Assembly: GCA_963718295.1 (NCBI GenBank)
Contig: CAVQYV010000010.1
Location: forward strand, 31,679 to 95,678
DNA length: 64,000 nucleotides
Origin: an uncultured Methylomirabilota bacterium
GTDB lineage: Bacteria > Methylomirabilota > Methylomirabilia > CAVQYV01
Direction: 5' to 3'
Shown: positions 52,188-60,948 of the stretch, piece after piece
How positions within the stretch are numbered: the first letter of the stretch is position 1
How the letters are laid out: the number at the start of each line of letters is the position of its first letter
Made by a program: the position numbers and the translations under genes
The notes under the pieces: model-generated
Seen by the model: the letters and a program-made list of their open reading frames with translations, nothing else
Database searches by the model: none
Told to the model about the DNA's origin: nothing

Positions 52188-53462
52188 CGTCTCACCTCCG
52201 TTCCCGCCTTTTTATCAGGTGCACGTTGCCCGATCAGGACGCGGATGCGCTCCATCTCGTTCTTCACGACCGTGAATCCCTCGTCGAAGCCCATGCCTGG
52301 CTTGGCAAGCATGCGCTCGGGGTGTGTTGCCATGGCGAGGTGCACGCAACACTGGGCCGAGATCTCGGTCTCGTTGCAGGTGCCGCCCTGGTAGGCTTCC
52401 ATGCCGTGCTTCTTGCAGTACAGGACGCTTTCCACGATGTCCTGTATGCCGCCGAGGTCGGGGGTCTTGATCTGCACCATGTGGCAAGCTTCGGCATCGG
52501 TGAACTCTCGCACGTCCTCCAGGGTATTGCACCACTCGTCGGCAACGATGCTTCGCCGGCGAGCCCAGCCGCTCCAATTCCTCCCTGATTGTGCGCAGAG
52601 CCTTCGATCTGCCGGGGCTTTTCCTCCCTGTCCACGGGTCCCTCGATATACAGCCGATGGCGTCCCGCGTCCTCCTGGAGGCCGGCGAGGTAGGCGGCGA
52701 CCCTTTGTCCTTCGTTGCCGAAAATAAGGCCGATGGTGCCGTACACGTCGATGTGGATGTCGGGCCGGTATGCAGGATCCGGTGCGAGCGTTCGCGATCC
52801 GGGCAGCAAGCCAGCGCACGTACTCCTTCAGCTTCCCGCCGTCACGGCCAAGCTTGTCTTCGACGGAATTGATGAGCCCGTGGGGCAGGGCATCGACGCC
52901 CTTGAGGATCATCTTGTCCACGTTCTCGTACCGGTTATCCCCGGATTGTCCGAAGATCGGGACAGCTGATGCATCCACGGCAAGGTTCCACTCCCCGCAG
53001 ACCACCTCGCATTTCGTTGTTTGCAGGGAGCGCGCCCGGGCGTCGAGAAGGGCCTGCGTGATCCCATAGCGCAGCGCGGTGTGAAGCGGCCTGTCATCCA
53101 CGCGCAGGCCGCATACCGCATCGGCAAGGGAACGGAACCCGGCAATCTCCGCGCCTTCCAGGAGCGGCCGAATGTGCTTCTCCAAAAAAGGCACCGCTGT
53201 GGCCGCCTGGAACAAGGGATCCCGACCCCCCGCCCCCGAGTACTGCACTGCCGCACAATCCCCGACCGCGACCTGGCCGTCCTCGAGGACGAGAAGCACC
53301 GAGATACTCTCCCCCGGCACCCGGATGCGCCGGAATCCCGGCGTGGCGGGGGTGCCTTCATAGTCGAATCCGTCGTACGCCGCGCCGGCCTTGATGGCGC
53401 GCTGGTCGTCGAAGAAAAACGCCGATATGCCCGGCGCGAAGAGTGTCTTCGCTGATCCTCAT
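52184..53462 (-). CDS. mal: Methylaspartate ammonia-lyase, frameshifted
   Basis: FFDDQRAIK, GDCAAVQYSGAGGRDP, LPHGLIN, QIKTPDLG, GGTCNET and KPGMGFDEG motifs. Confidence 0.92.
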
Positions 53463-54904
53463 CTCGGCCTCCCCACAAGGTGTCCCTTGCTGATCGCGTA
53501 GATGTCATCGGTCACCATCTGGAAGGAAACGCTCCTGCCCTCGGCCCGGGCGCGCTCCTCCAGCTTGTCGCGGTGCCAGGCGGCAAGCTCCTCGTCGAGG
53601 GCAGTGCCCCCCGGTTGAAAATCCTGATACAGCCGGTCGTTGTCGCGCATGGGAAGGATCTTCCCCTTGTTGTGGATCGAGGGGGCGAACGGGACGTCGA
53701 GGACGCCCGCCTCGAAGGCCGCCGTGGCCCCCTCCGCGGGGTCGCCGCCGCCCATCTCCAGGACCTTGCCGAGGATGCAACGCACCTCCCGTCTGATGAT
53801 CTCCTTCTCCCTCTGGATTTCCATGGTCTGGAGCTTCTCCTGATCTGCCAGCATGTTGATGACCTGCCGGGAGGCTCTCAGGCCCTGGGCGTTTGCTTCC
53901 TTTGTTGGAATGCCCATGGCCTCATGGGGCGACTTCACGATGACCTTGTCCGCCCCGCCAAGGCAGGCCACCGCCGCACCCCAGCAGATGATGGAGAACG
54001 CGCGCGACTCATCCTCGGGGAACCCGCCCATCCATTGGTGAAAGACTATCGTAAGGTCATAGCCGGAATATCCCGCTTCCTGGAAATACTCGTGCGCCAT
54101 CTCGCGCAGGCTGTGAACGGCAGCAATGTCCTGCGCCATGTTTCCACCCTGGCCGTAGCCGAGGGTAAGGGAACGCACGCCCTGTTCCAGGGCGAGGAGC
54201 CCCTCGAGAATGCCCACCGCATGCCCAATGCAGGGGGGAACGAGGGTGCCGGTGAGGGGACCGAATGGCTCGCGGTTGATGGACACCCCGTTTTCCTCGT
54301 ACCAGCCGCACAGCCTGTCCACGTACTTCCAGTCCGCTATGGAAGAGCGAAGGGGCACATTCTTGGTGTAGGGGATGTTGTACGAGATGCCTCCCCCCTC
54401 GAAGCTCGTAAAGCCACCGGCAAGGGAGATTTCAGCAAGAAGGCGCGCATCGGGTGTGCCGTGGCGCACCTGCACCGGACGGGAAAGACTCTCGGTAACT
54501 CTCCGGCACCCCGGAACGCCATGGTTGACGACGGGGAAACCGTTCAGCAGCGATGTGCCGGCGTTTTCCGATCTCTCGATGCCCTTCGCAGCTTCTGCAT
54601 AACGGTTCTGCCGTGTATATGCGTCGATGGTCGTCGGCAGAAGGTCCGCCTCGCCTTCCGTTTCAAGAAAACGCAGCAGCCGGATGTGCTCGTCGATCAG
54701 GGCCACGCCCGCGCGGGGCTGAATCAGGAGCCGGCCCGCATCGCGCGCCGCGCTCACGGTTTCGGCAAAGCGCTTCTCCTTCGCGATTGCCCGCTGGTAG
54801 CACAGCGCCTCGTCGAGGTCCACTGCAGCGCCCGTGGGCCACCCGGAGAGCACGCCGGCACGCTCCGCCATGAACTGCGAAATCGGGATACGCTTATCCT
54901 GCAT
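53459..54904 (-). CDS. glmE: Glutamate (methylaspartate) mutase epsilon subunit
   Basis: QPRAGV, TIDAYTRQNRY, SLLNGFPVVNHG, QVRHGTPDARLL and FHQWMGGFP motifs. Confidence 0.96.
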   Translation of the reverse strand: MQDKRIPISQFMAERAGVLSGWPTGAAVDLDEALCYQRAIAKEKRFAETVSAARDAGRLLIQPRAGVALIDEHIRLLRFLETEGEADLLPTTIDAYTRQNRYAEAAKGIERSENAGTSLLNGFPVVNHGVPGCRRVTESLSRPVQVRHGTPDARLLAEISLAGGFTSFEGGGISYNIPYTKNVPLRSSIADWKYVDRLCGWYEENGVSINREPFGPLTGTLVPPCIGHAVGILEGLLALEQGVRSLTLGYGQGGNMAQDIAAVHSLREMAHEYFQEAGYSGYDLTIVFHQWMGGFPEDESRAFSIICWGAAVACLGGADKVIVKSPHEAMGIPTKEANAQGLRASRQVINMLADQEKLQTMEIQREKEIIRREVRCILGKVLEMGGGDPAEGATAAFEAGVLDVPFAPSIHNKGKILPMRDNDRLYQDFQPGGTALDEELAAWHRDKLEERARAEGRSVSFQMVTDDIYAISKGHLVGRPR

Positions 54905-56269
54905 GAATGGTCTCCATCGCAAGGCTTGCCCGGACAAGTGCCGCCATCTCCACCGGGTATTCCGCTGCCAGGTTTCCCAGAAGGGGAAGGAGGTTGTGGC
55001 AGTCCGTGAGCACCAACGGTCCATCGGGAAGCAGGCTCGCTCCGGCGGAGTCCCTGCCGGCGGCCGCCAGGGCGCAAGTACCGGGGTGGGAGAAGAGAAA
55101 CGGGCAAGCCAGCCGCCGCTTGCCACGATACGGTGAATGCCCCGCAGGTCCTTTCCGTGCTGGACCCTCACTTTCCCGCCCGGCGTCCACACTTCCTCCC
55201 CCGTGCCCGCGTGGCGCAGGAGCGCGTGGTACAGGCAGGCCTCCGCGAGAATTTCGTCGAACCGCTGTTCCTCTGCAGAGCCAGGAAGCGTCTCGGGAAG
55301 CGCGGCCACGCGCTCGACCCACGCGGCAAAGCAAGAGGGGACGGCAGCAACCTCCCCGAGGCGCCTCTGGATGTAGACGCTGCCCGTGTCCGCCGCCGCG
55401 CGGGCGCTCACCCGCATCCCAAGGTCGCCTTCCACACTGCGCTTCAGTGCCGGCTCCTCGATGCCCCGCAGCACCATGCCTTCCTCCCCGCGGAAGGCTT
55501 GGCACAGCGAGTACACGTCGGTGGTGGCCCCGCCCATGTCGATGAGGAGGGTGTCCGTCCAGCCGGCGCGTTCGGCGCTGAGCGCTTCCGCAAGCTGGTA
55601 GACCGCAAGCGGGGTCGGCTTCGGGGCGGCGGCGCACATCCGTGCGGCTTTCGCGAGTCCGTGTCCCTCGATGATGCGTTCCAGGAAGATCGCACGGATC
55701 GCCGCGCGGGCGGGCTCGATGTTCAGGCGGTCGATTTCGGGCATTACGTTTTCCGTCACGACCAGGATCCTGCCCCCGAGGATTTCACACACCTCCTCCT
55801 GGAGCGACGCGTTTCCTGCATACAGGATCGTAGAGTAGAGTGCGGATGACGCTATTGCGCGGGCGTTTTTGAGAACGAGCCTCTCGTGACCACCGTCCGT
55901 TCCCCCGCACAACAACACGATGTCGGGCCGCAGGGCTTCGAGTTCCGCGACTTGTGCGCTCGTAAGACCATAGGAGTAATGAGCGGCGATTCTTCCGCCG
56001 GCGGATGCGGCTGCCAGGCGTGCGACGCTCGCCGTGAGGTCGGGCACCACGCCGATGGCCGCAATGGCAAGGCCTCCCTTCGCGGAGGAACAGAGGTGAA
56101 TGGGAATGTCGCCGTCGGCGAGGCCACGCACGACCCGCTCGAACCCGACGGAGAGGTCCTGCTGCGTTGTCGGCCACTGGCCCTGCCGAAGCACGGCTGG
56201 CGCGTCGAGGTCAAGCAGGGCCGCCTTCGTGTAGGTCGAGCCGATGTCGACGCTCAGGATTCGCCTCAT
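54894..56269 (-). CDS. glmL: Glutamate mutase reactivation/accessory protein; indel near 55075
   Basis: [34 protein letters not shown] and VEGDLGMR motifs; natural C-terminus lies in another frame (…LGNLAAEYP…IHAG stop). Confidence 0.9.
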
Positions 56270-56697
56270 GCGCGCTTCTCCCCTGCAGTGCCCGCGATGT
56301 CCGCCCGCAGAAGCCGTGCGGCCTCCTCCAGGTCGTCCCCGGGCATGAATACCCTGTCGAAACCCATGGCCAGAAACCGTGAAACCACGCTTTCCCGCGC
56401 GACTTTTCCCACCACCAGATTTCCCCCTCCGTAGAGGATGATGTCCTCCAGACCACGCTCCACGCACCTGTCCCGAAATCCCGCGCAGTCGATTTCACCA
56501 TGACCGTAGAGGGAGGAAACCAGGATTGCCGCGGCTCCGGTCTCGATGGCCGCATCGATGAACTCGTCCTGGCTCACCATGACACCGAGATTCACCACGT
56601 TGAAGCCCTTCTCCGTGAAGAATGCGTTGAGGATCGTGTTGCCGACCGAATGGCAATCGGCACCGATCACTCCCAGCACGATCGTTTTATCGCTCAT
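56266..56697 (-). CDS. glmS: Glutamate mutase B12-binding sigma subunit
   Basis: [10 protein letters not shown] (DxHxxG), [11 protein letters not shown] and GGNLVVGK motifs. Confidence 0.96.
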   Translation of the reverse strand: MSDKTIVLGVIGADCHSVGNTILNAFFTEKGFNVVNLGVMVSQDEFIDAAIETGAAAILVSSLYGHGEIDCAGFRDRCVERGLEDIILYGGGNLVVGKVARESVVSRFLAMGFDRVFMPGDDLEEAARLLRADIAGTAGEKRA

Positions 56698-57713
56698 GCG
56701 CGCGCCCCGTTTGCTGCGTCCACCCGCGCCTTGAGAATCGATCCGATGCGCTCTTCCACATGCACCAGCGAGCCTTTATCGATCTGGTAATCGAAGACGA
56801 CGACGAGGCCACCCCGACCAGTGAACTCCTGCAGGGCACGGGCCTCCTCCCTGGACGGTGAGGCGCGTCCCGCCGGCGGCACGATGAGCAGGCTCCGATC
56901 CCGGAGGAACTCTGCCAAGGCCCCCTGCGGCCTGGGGGGAAAAAGCGCGTCCAGCGGTCCTGCGATGCGCATCTCTTTCAGACGACCGCCAATGATCGCC
57001 AGAAACTGCCGGCTCTCGCAGAGAACACCGATCGCCTGCCCGGGCTTCACGGTGGCGAGCTGCATGACGGTTTCCCGGCTCGGGGACACCGCAACCGCAA
57101 GGATGCGTTCCGAAAGCCGTGGCGCCATGGCGACCAGCTGCGGATGGTGGGTGGTGGTGGTAAGGACGAGGTCGAATTCGCCGAGCCTGCGGGCGGGATC
57201 GGGATCACGGGCAAGCTCGTCGAGGAGGTAGGTCCGCACGCTGACGTGGGAGAGCATGCCAATCTGCCGCTCGAAGCTGCCGAGGGTTTCGGGATTGCAG
57301 TCGACTGCGGCAACGTTCAGGCTCAAGAGCTTCTCTTCGCGCTCGCGGATGGCCAGATCGATCATCACCTTCATCTCAGGCAGGGAGAAGCGCAGGCGGT
57401 CCAGTTTCTCCACCAGGGCGGTGATCAACGCGGCTGCCTTCTCCTTGCGGCCCTGCCCCGCAGCTTCCGGCAACCCGGATACGGTACTGCCCCGTCCTTG
57501 CATGCGAGTGATAAGGCCTGCCTGTTCAAGCTCTACATATGCCCGGGTGATGGTACCCCGCGCGAGCCCAAGGGATTCGGCGAGCTCCCGTTCCGTGGGC
57601 AGCTTGTGGCCGGGCTTCAGGCTGCCTTCTCCAATCAGCGCCGCAATCTTTTCCACGATCTGCCTGAATGCCGGCACGGCTCTTTTCTTGTCAATCTTGA
57701 TCTGAATTGCCAT
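56694..57713 (-). CDS. GntR-family regulator with C-terminal effector domain
   Basis: [23 protein letters not shown]...QGRGS; stop overlaps the glmS start. Confidence 0.9.
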   Translation of the reverse strand: MAIQIKIDKKRAVPAFRQIVEKIAALIGEGSLKPGHKLPTERELAESLGLARGTITRAYVELEQAGLITRMQGRGSTVSGLPEAAGQGRKEKAAALITALVEKLDRLRFSLPEMKVMIDLAIREREEKLLSLNVAAVDCNPETLGSFERQIGMLSHVSVRTYLLDELARDPDPARRLGEFDLVLTTTTHHPQLVAMAPRLSERILAVAVSPSRETVMQLATVKPGQAIGVLCESRQFLAIIGGRLKEMRIAGPLDALFPPRPQGALAEFLRDRSLLIVPPAGRASPSREEARALQEFTGRGGLVVVFDYQIDKGSLVHVEERIGSILKARVDAANGARA

Positions 57714-57725
57714 ACTGCCTCCATA

Positions 57726-57785
57726 TGGACTATTCCAAATTAGTATGGAATAATCCAATTATGCGCATCGTTTCGGTTTTGTCAA
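57726..57785 (-). promoter_or_regulatory. Operon promoter with inverted-repeat operator
   Basis: Minus strand TTGACA-16 nt-CATAAT; TGGACTATTCCA-N8-TGGAATAATCCA at 57726..57757. Confidence 0.65.
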
Positions 57786-58011
57786 CAGATTTTTTCGTTG
57801 CAATCTTGGCAAATGATGCGTTGGGGAGCAGGAACTCATCGATACAGATGGAGGAAAAACAGGAAGGATCGTGTTCTCACGGGATGGGTTGCGGCATGCG
57901 CGCTCGTGTTCTGGGCCGACCTGGCATTCTCGCCGATTGCACTGGGAAATACACTCGGCTTCGAGGTCGGCCCCATCATGCAGAGGCTTTTTCCTACGCG
58001 GAGACCGGCAT

Positions 58012-58058
58012 GGGGAAATTAGGGGAAATTGGGAAATTAGGGACACATCCCTATTTTC
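58012..58058. repeat. Family B stuttered repeat
   Basis: GGGAAATT three times, then AGGGACACATCCCTATTT. Confidence 0.7.
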
Positions 58059-58160
58059 CTCCTGATTTCCCCATGGGACGATGAGGAGCCTCGATCCTCC
58101 CGGCGACCCATCCGATGACCGGGCCGCCGGATGGTTGATGATAGGTGATATGCTCCCGGG

Positions 58161-59552
58161 CTAATCTTCCCTTCGGGTGCTGGAGGCGACCCACTCGGGG
58201 AAATGGATGCGGGCCTGATCCCACATCTCGTCATCCGAGATGCCCGTGATCCGACCCTGCTGGTACTGCTCATCCACCCAGTCCTTGATGGCCATGACAC
58301 GCCGATCTGCCTTGTCCACCTTCGCCTCCTCGGGAAGATGAAGGCGGGCGTTGATCCAATAAGCGATCCCGGCCAATCCCGACTTGTCGGTGATGCCGAT
58401 ATCGGGCGGCCGGTTGAGCACCTTCTCGGTATCGAAGATGTTATAGATCTCCTGGTCCTTCATCAGGCCGTCGGCGTGGATCCCAGCCCGGGTCACATTG
58501 AAGTTGGCACCCACCAGGGGCTGGTTGTGGGGGATCTTGTAGCCGATGTCTCGCTCGAAATATTCCGCGATCTCGGTGATGACCGAGGGATCCATCCCAT
58601 CTGCCGTGCCGCGCAGACCCATATATTCGATCACCAGGCCCTCGATGGGCGTATTGCCGCAGCGCTCTCCAGTGCCCATCAGCGCCCCATTGGCCGAGGA
58701 GCACCCATAGAGCCAGGCGGCCACTGCATTGTTCAGGCCTCGATAGAAATCGTTGTGCCCGTGCCACTCCAGCCTTTCCGAGGGGACACCGGCCAACTGC
58801 GTCAGTCCGTAGATGATCCCGTTGACATTGCGGGGGAGCATCACCCCGGGGAAGCTCACCCCATAACCCAAGGTATCACAGGCCCGGACCTTTACCGGGA
58901 TGCCGTACTCCTGGGAGAGACGCATCAGTTCCTGGGCAAAGGGGACCACGAAGCCGTAGAAATCGGCCCGGGTGATGTCCTCGAAATGGCAACGAGGGAT
59001 GATGCCCTCGTCCAGGGCGGCGCGGACGATGCCCAGGTAATCCTCCAGCGCCTGTCGCCGGGTCTTCTTCAATTTATTGAAAATGTGGTAATCCGAAGCC
59101 GAGGTGAGAATGCCCGTCTCCTTCAACCCCATCTCCTTGACCAGCTTGAAGTCCGCCTTCACCGCCCGGATCCACCCCGTGATCTGGGGATACTCATACC
59201 CCCGCTCCTGGCATTTGCGCACTGCCTCCTTGTCCTTGTCGGTATAGACGAAAAACTCCGATTGACGGATCTTCCCTTTGGGCCCCGACAGCCTGTGCAG
59301 CAGGTCGAAAAGATGTAGGATCTGTTCCACGCTAAAGGGAGGCAGGGCCTGTTGCCCATCCCGAAAGGTGGTATCGGTGATCCAGATCTCCTCAGGAGGA
59401 ATCATGGGGACCACCCTGTGGTTGAAACACATCATAGGCGGCATTTCGTAGGTGAAGATGTCCCGATAGAGGTTCGGCTCCTGCACCTCCTGAAGCTCGT
59501 ATCGGTAATCCTCTCGTTCGAGCGTCCGGCGCTGCGGGTTGAATTTGATCAT
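58161..59552 (-). CDS. DRE-TIM metallolyase, Re-citrate synthase-like
   Basis: EPNLYRDIF, ITDTTFRDGQQ, PRCHFEDITRAD, WHGHNDF and TRAGIHADG motifs; no LeuA regulatory domain. Confidence 0.8.
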   Translation of the reverse strand: MIKFNPQRRTLEREDYRYELQEVQEPNLYRDIFTYEMPPMMCFNHRVVPMIPPEEIWITDTTFRDGQQALPPFSVEQILHLFDLLHRLSGPKGKIRQSEFFVYTDKDKEAVRKCQERGYEYPQITGWIRAVKADFKLVKEMGLKETGILTSASDYHIFNKLKKTRRQALEDYLGIVRAALDEGIIPRCHFEDITRADFYGFVVPFAQELMRLSQEYGIPVKVRACDTLGYGVSFPGVMLPRNVNGIIYGLTQLAGVPSERLEWHGHNDFYRGLNNAVAAWLYGCSSANGALMGTGERCGNTPIEGLVIEYMGLRGTADGMDPSVITEIAEYFERDIGYKIPHNQPLVGANFNVTRAGIHADGLMKDQEIYNIFDTEKVLNRPPDIGITDKSGLAGIAYWINARLHLPEEAKVDKADRRVMAIKDWVDEQYQQGRITGISDDEMWDQARIHFPEWVASSTRRED

Positions 59553-59791
59553 GGCGCTCGTCTCTCCTTCCTTGGGTAAATTATCGCCCAATATATGAAG
59601 GGCATGGGAGGATGTCAAGCACGGAAAGCAATTGAATGGGGAGAGGGAAATATAACCGATGTAGTATTCGGGCGGCTTGGCCCTAATCGATATCCGGAGA
59701 GGAACGAAGAGATAGGGAAGGAGTGACACTCCCCCAGCAGGAGCTGGGGGCATCTTGGCCCATCACAATGAGGAAACGAATGGGCTAAGGG

Positions 59792-60181
59792 CTAACCTTT
59801 CTTGCTGTCCTCGTCAGACATGCCCACGCGCTCGCGAGCGGAGTCCACGGCCTTCTCGGCGGCACCCCTGGCTTCCCCCAGTTTGGCCTTGGCTTGGTCT
59901 GCCACCTCGCCCAGCTTGGCTGTCGCCTGCTCAAACTTCTCCTGGGCCAGACCAGCAACTTCCTTGGCCTTTTCCTCGGCCTGTCCGGCCAGCTCTTTGG
60001 CCTTGTCCTGCACCCCTCCAGCCAGCGTCTTGGCTTTCTCTGTCAGACCTTCCATGGCGTCAGGAACGTTGTCGTGGTCCTTGTCCAGAGTCTCGCGGGC
60101 GTCTTTGATCTTGGCCTCGGCCTTTTCCTTCAGGTCTTCGGCTGCATCCTTTACTTGATCGACGATTTTTTTGAGGTCCAT
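59792..60181 (-). CDS. LEA/CsbD-like helical repeat protein
   Basis: GGAGGTG RBS; 11-residue A/K/E-rich repeats (…KAKELAGQAEE KAKEVAGLAQE…). Confidence 0.7.
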   Translation of the reverse strand: MDLKKIVDQVKDAAEDLKEKAEAKIKDARETLDKDHDNVPDAMEGLTEKAKTLAGGVQDKAKELAGQAEEKAKEVAGLAQEKFEQATAKLGEVADQAKAKLGEARGAAEKAVDSARERVGMSDEDSKKG

Positions 60182-60291
60182 GGGTCCCACCTCCGAAATT
60201 TATTCTTGCCGCTGTAAATATACGCAATTAATGCTTGTGTGTCAATCAATATTAACCGCAACATGCGGGGGTGTGGTTCCGACAGCAGTGG

Positions 60292-60371
60292 AATTTAATG
60301 GGGAAAATTTAATGGGGACACATCCCATTTATAAGAAATAGGGATGTGTCCCTAATTTGCCCTAATTTGCC
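60292..60371. repeat. Family B paired inverted repeat (REPIN-like)
   Basis: AATTTAATGGGG twice; GGGACACATCCC...GGGATGTGTCCC inverted pair; CCCTAATTTG twice. Confidence 0.75.
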
Positions 60372-60386
60372 TATGGGTCAGAGTGA

Positions 60387-60414
60387 AGAAACCGGCGGTC
60401 TCCCGCCGGTTTCT
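60387..60414 (-). terminator. Intrinsic terminator of csp
   Basis: AGAAACCGGCGG-TCTC-CCGCCGGTTTCT just past the stop codon. Confidence 0.75.
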
Positions 60415-60431
60415 CGTCGACTTACTGACTC

Positions 60432-60632
60432 TTAGGCCCTGGTTACGTTATCCGCTTTCGGACCCTTGGGGCTATCAACCACCTCAAAGCTCACTGCGTC
60501 TCCCTCGGACAAGGATTTGAAACCATCGCCGCGGATCGCAGAAAAGTGCACGAAGACGTCGTTGCCATTCTCCTGCTCGATAAACCCAAAGCCCTTCGCG
60601 TCATTGAACCACTTCACAGTACCTTGCGCCAT
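60432..60632 (-). CDS. cspA: Cold-shock protein
   Basis: [15 protein letters not shown] and DVFVHFSAI motifs; 66 aa. Confidence 0.95.
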   Translation of the reverse strand: MAQGTVKWFNDAKGFGFIEQENGNDVFVHFSAIRGDGFKSLSEGDAVSFEVVDSPKGPKADNVTRA

Positions 60633-60711
60633 CTACTTTCTCCTTTTTCCTGAAGGTATGATACGGAAATGACGGGGGTCACCCGCCGAAGCTATCAGGG
60701 CTCTTGGGCAT

Positions 60712-60750
60712 AAAAAAAAGCCGCAGAGCTTCAGGGGTCTCTGCGGCTTT
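60712..60750 (-). terminator. Terminator-like hairpin inside the csp 5' leader
   Basis: Minus strand AAAGCCGCAGAG-loop-CTCTGCGGC followed by T8. Confidence 0.7.
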
Positions 60751-60789
60751 CGCTTATACGACACAAAAAACGCCTGCAACTTCGGCGTG

Positions 60790-60818
60790 ATAATAGCGTG
60801 CATAATCCGTTCTGTCAA
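60790..60818 (-). promoter_or_regulatory. Sigma70 promoter for csp
   Basis: Minus strand TTGACA-17 nt-TATTAT. Confidence 0.75.
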
Positions 60819-60948
60819 GGGAAATCGGAGAAGTGGGCAACAAGCCCTCAACGGCCTGTTATTCGAATCACATAGCGCAACCCTTTGAATAATGCTATAA
60901 TTCTTATGGCTATAATGTGGCAAGAATACCTCCGAAAGTAGTGTGACC

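Noticed and set aside
53459-56467. Apparent 1002-aa GlmL-GlmE fusion
   Set aside because: An indel near 55075 shifts glmL into the glmE frame. The natural GlmL tail and stop (54894) are present in another frame, and glmE has its own ATG at 54904.
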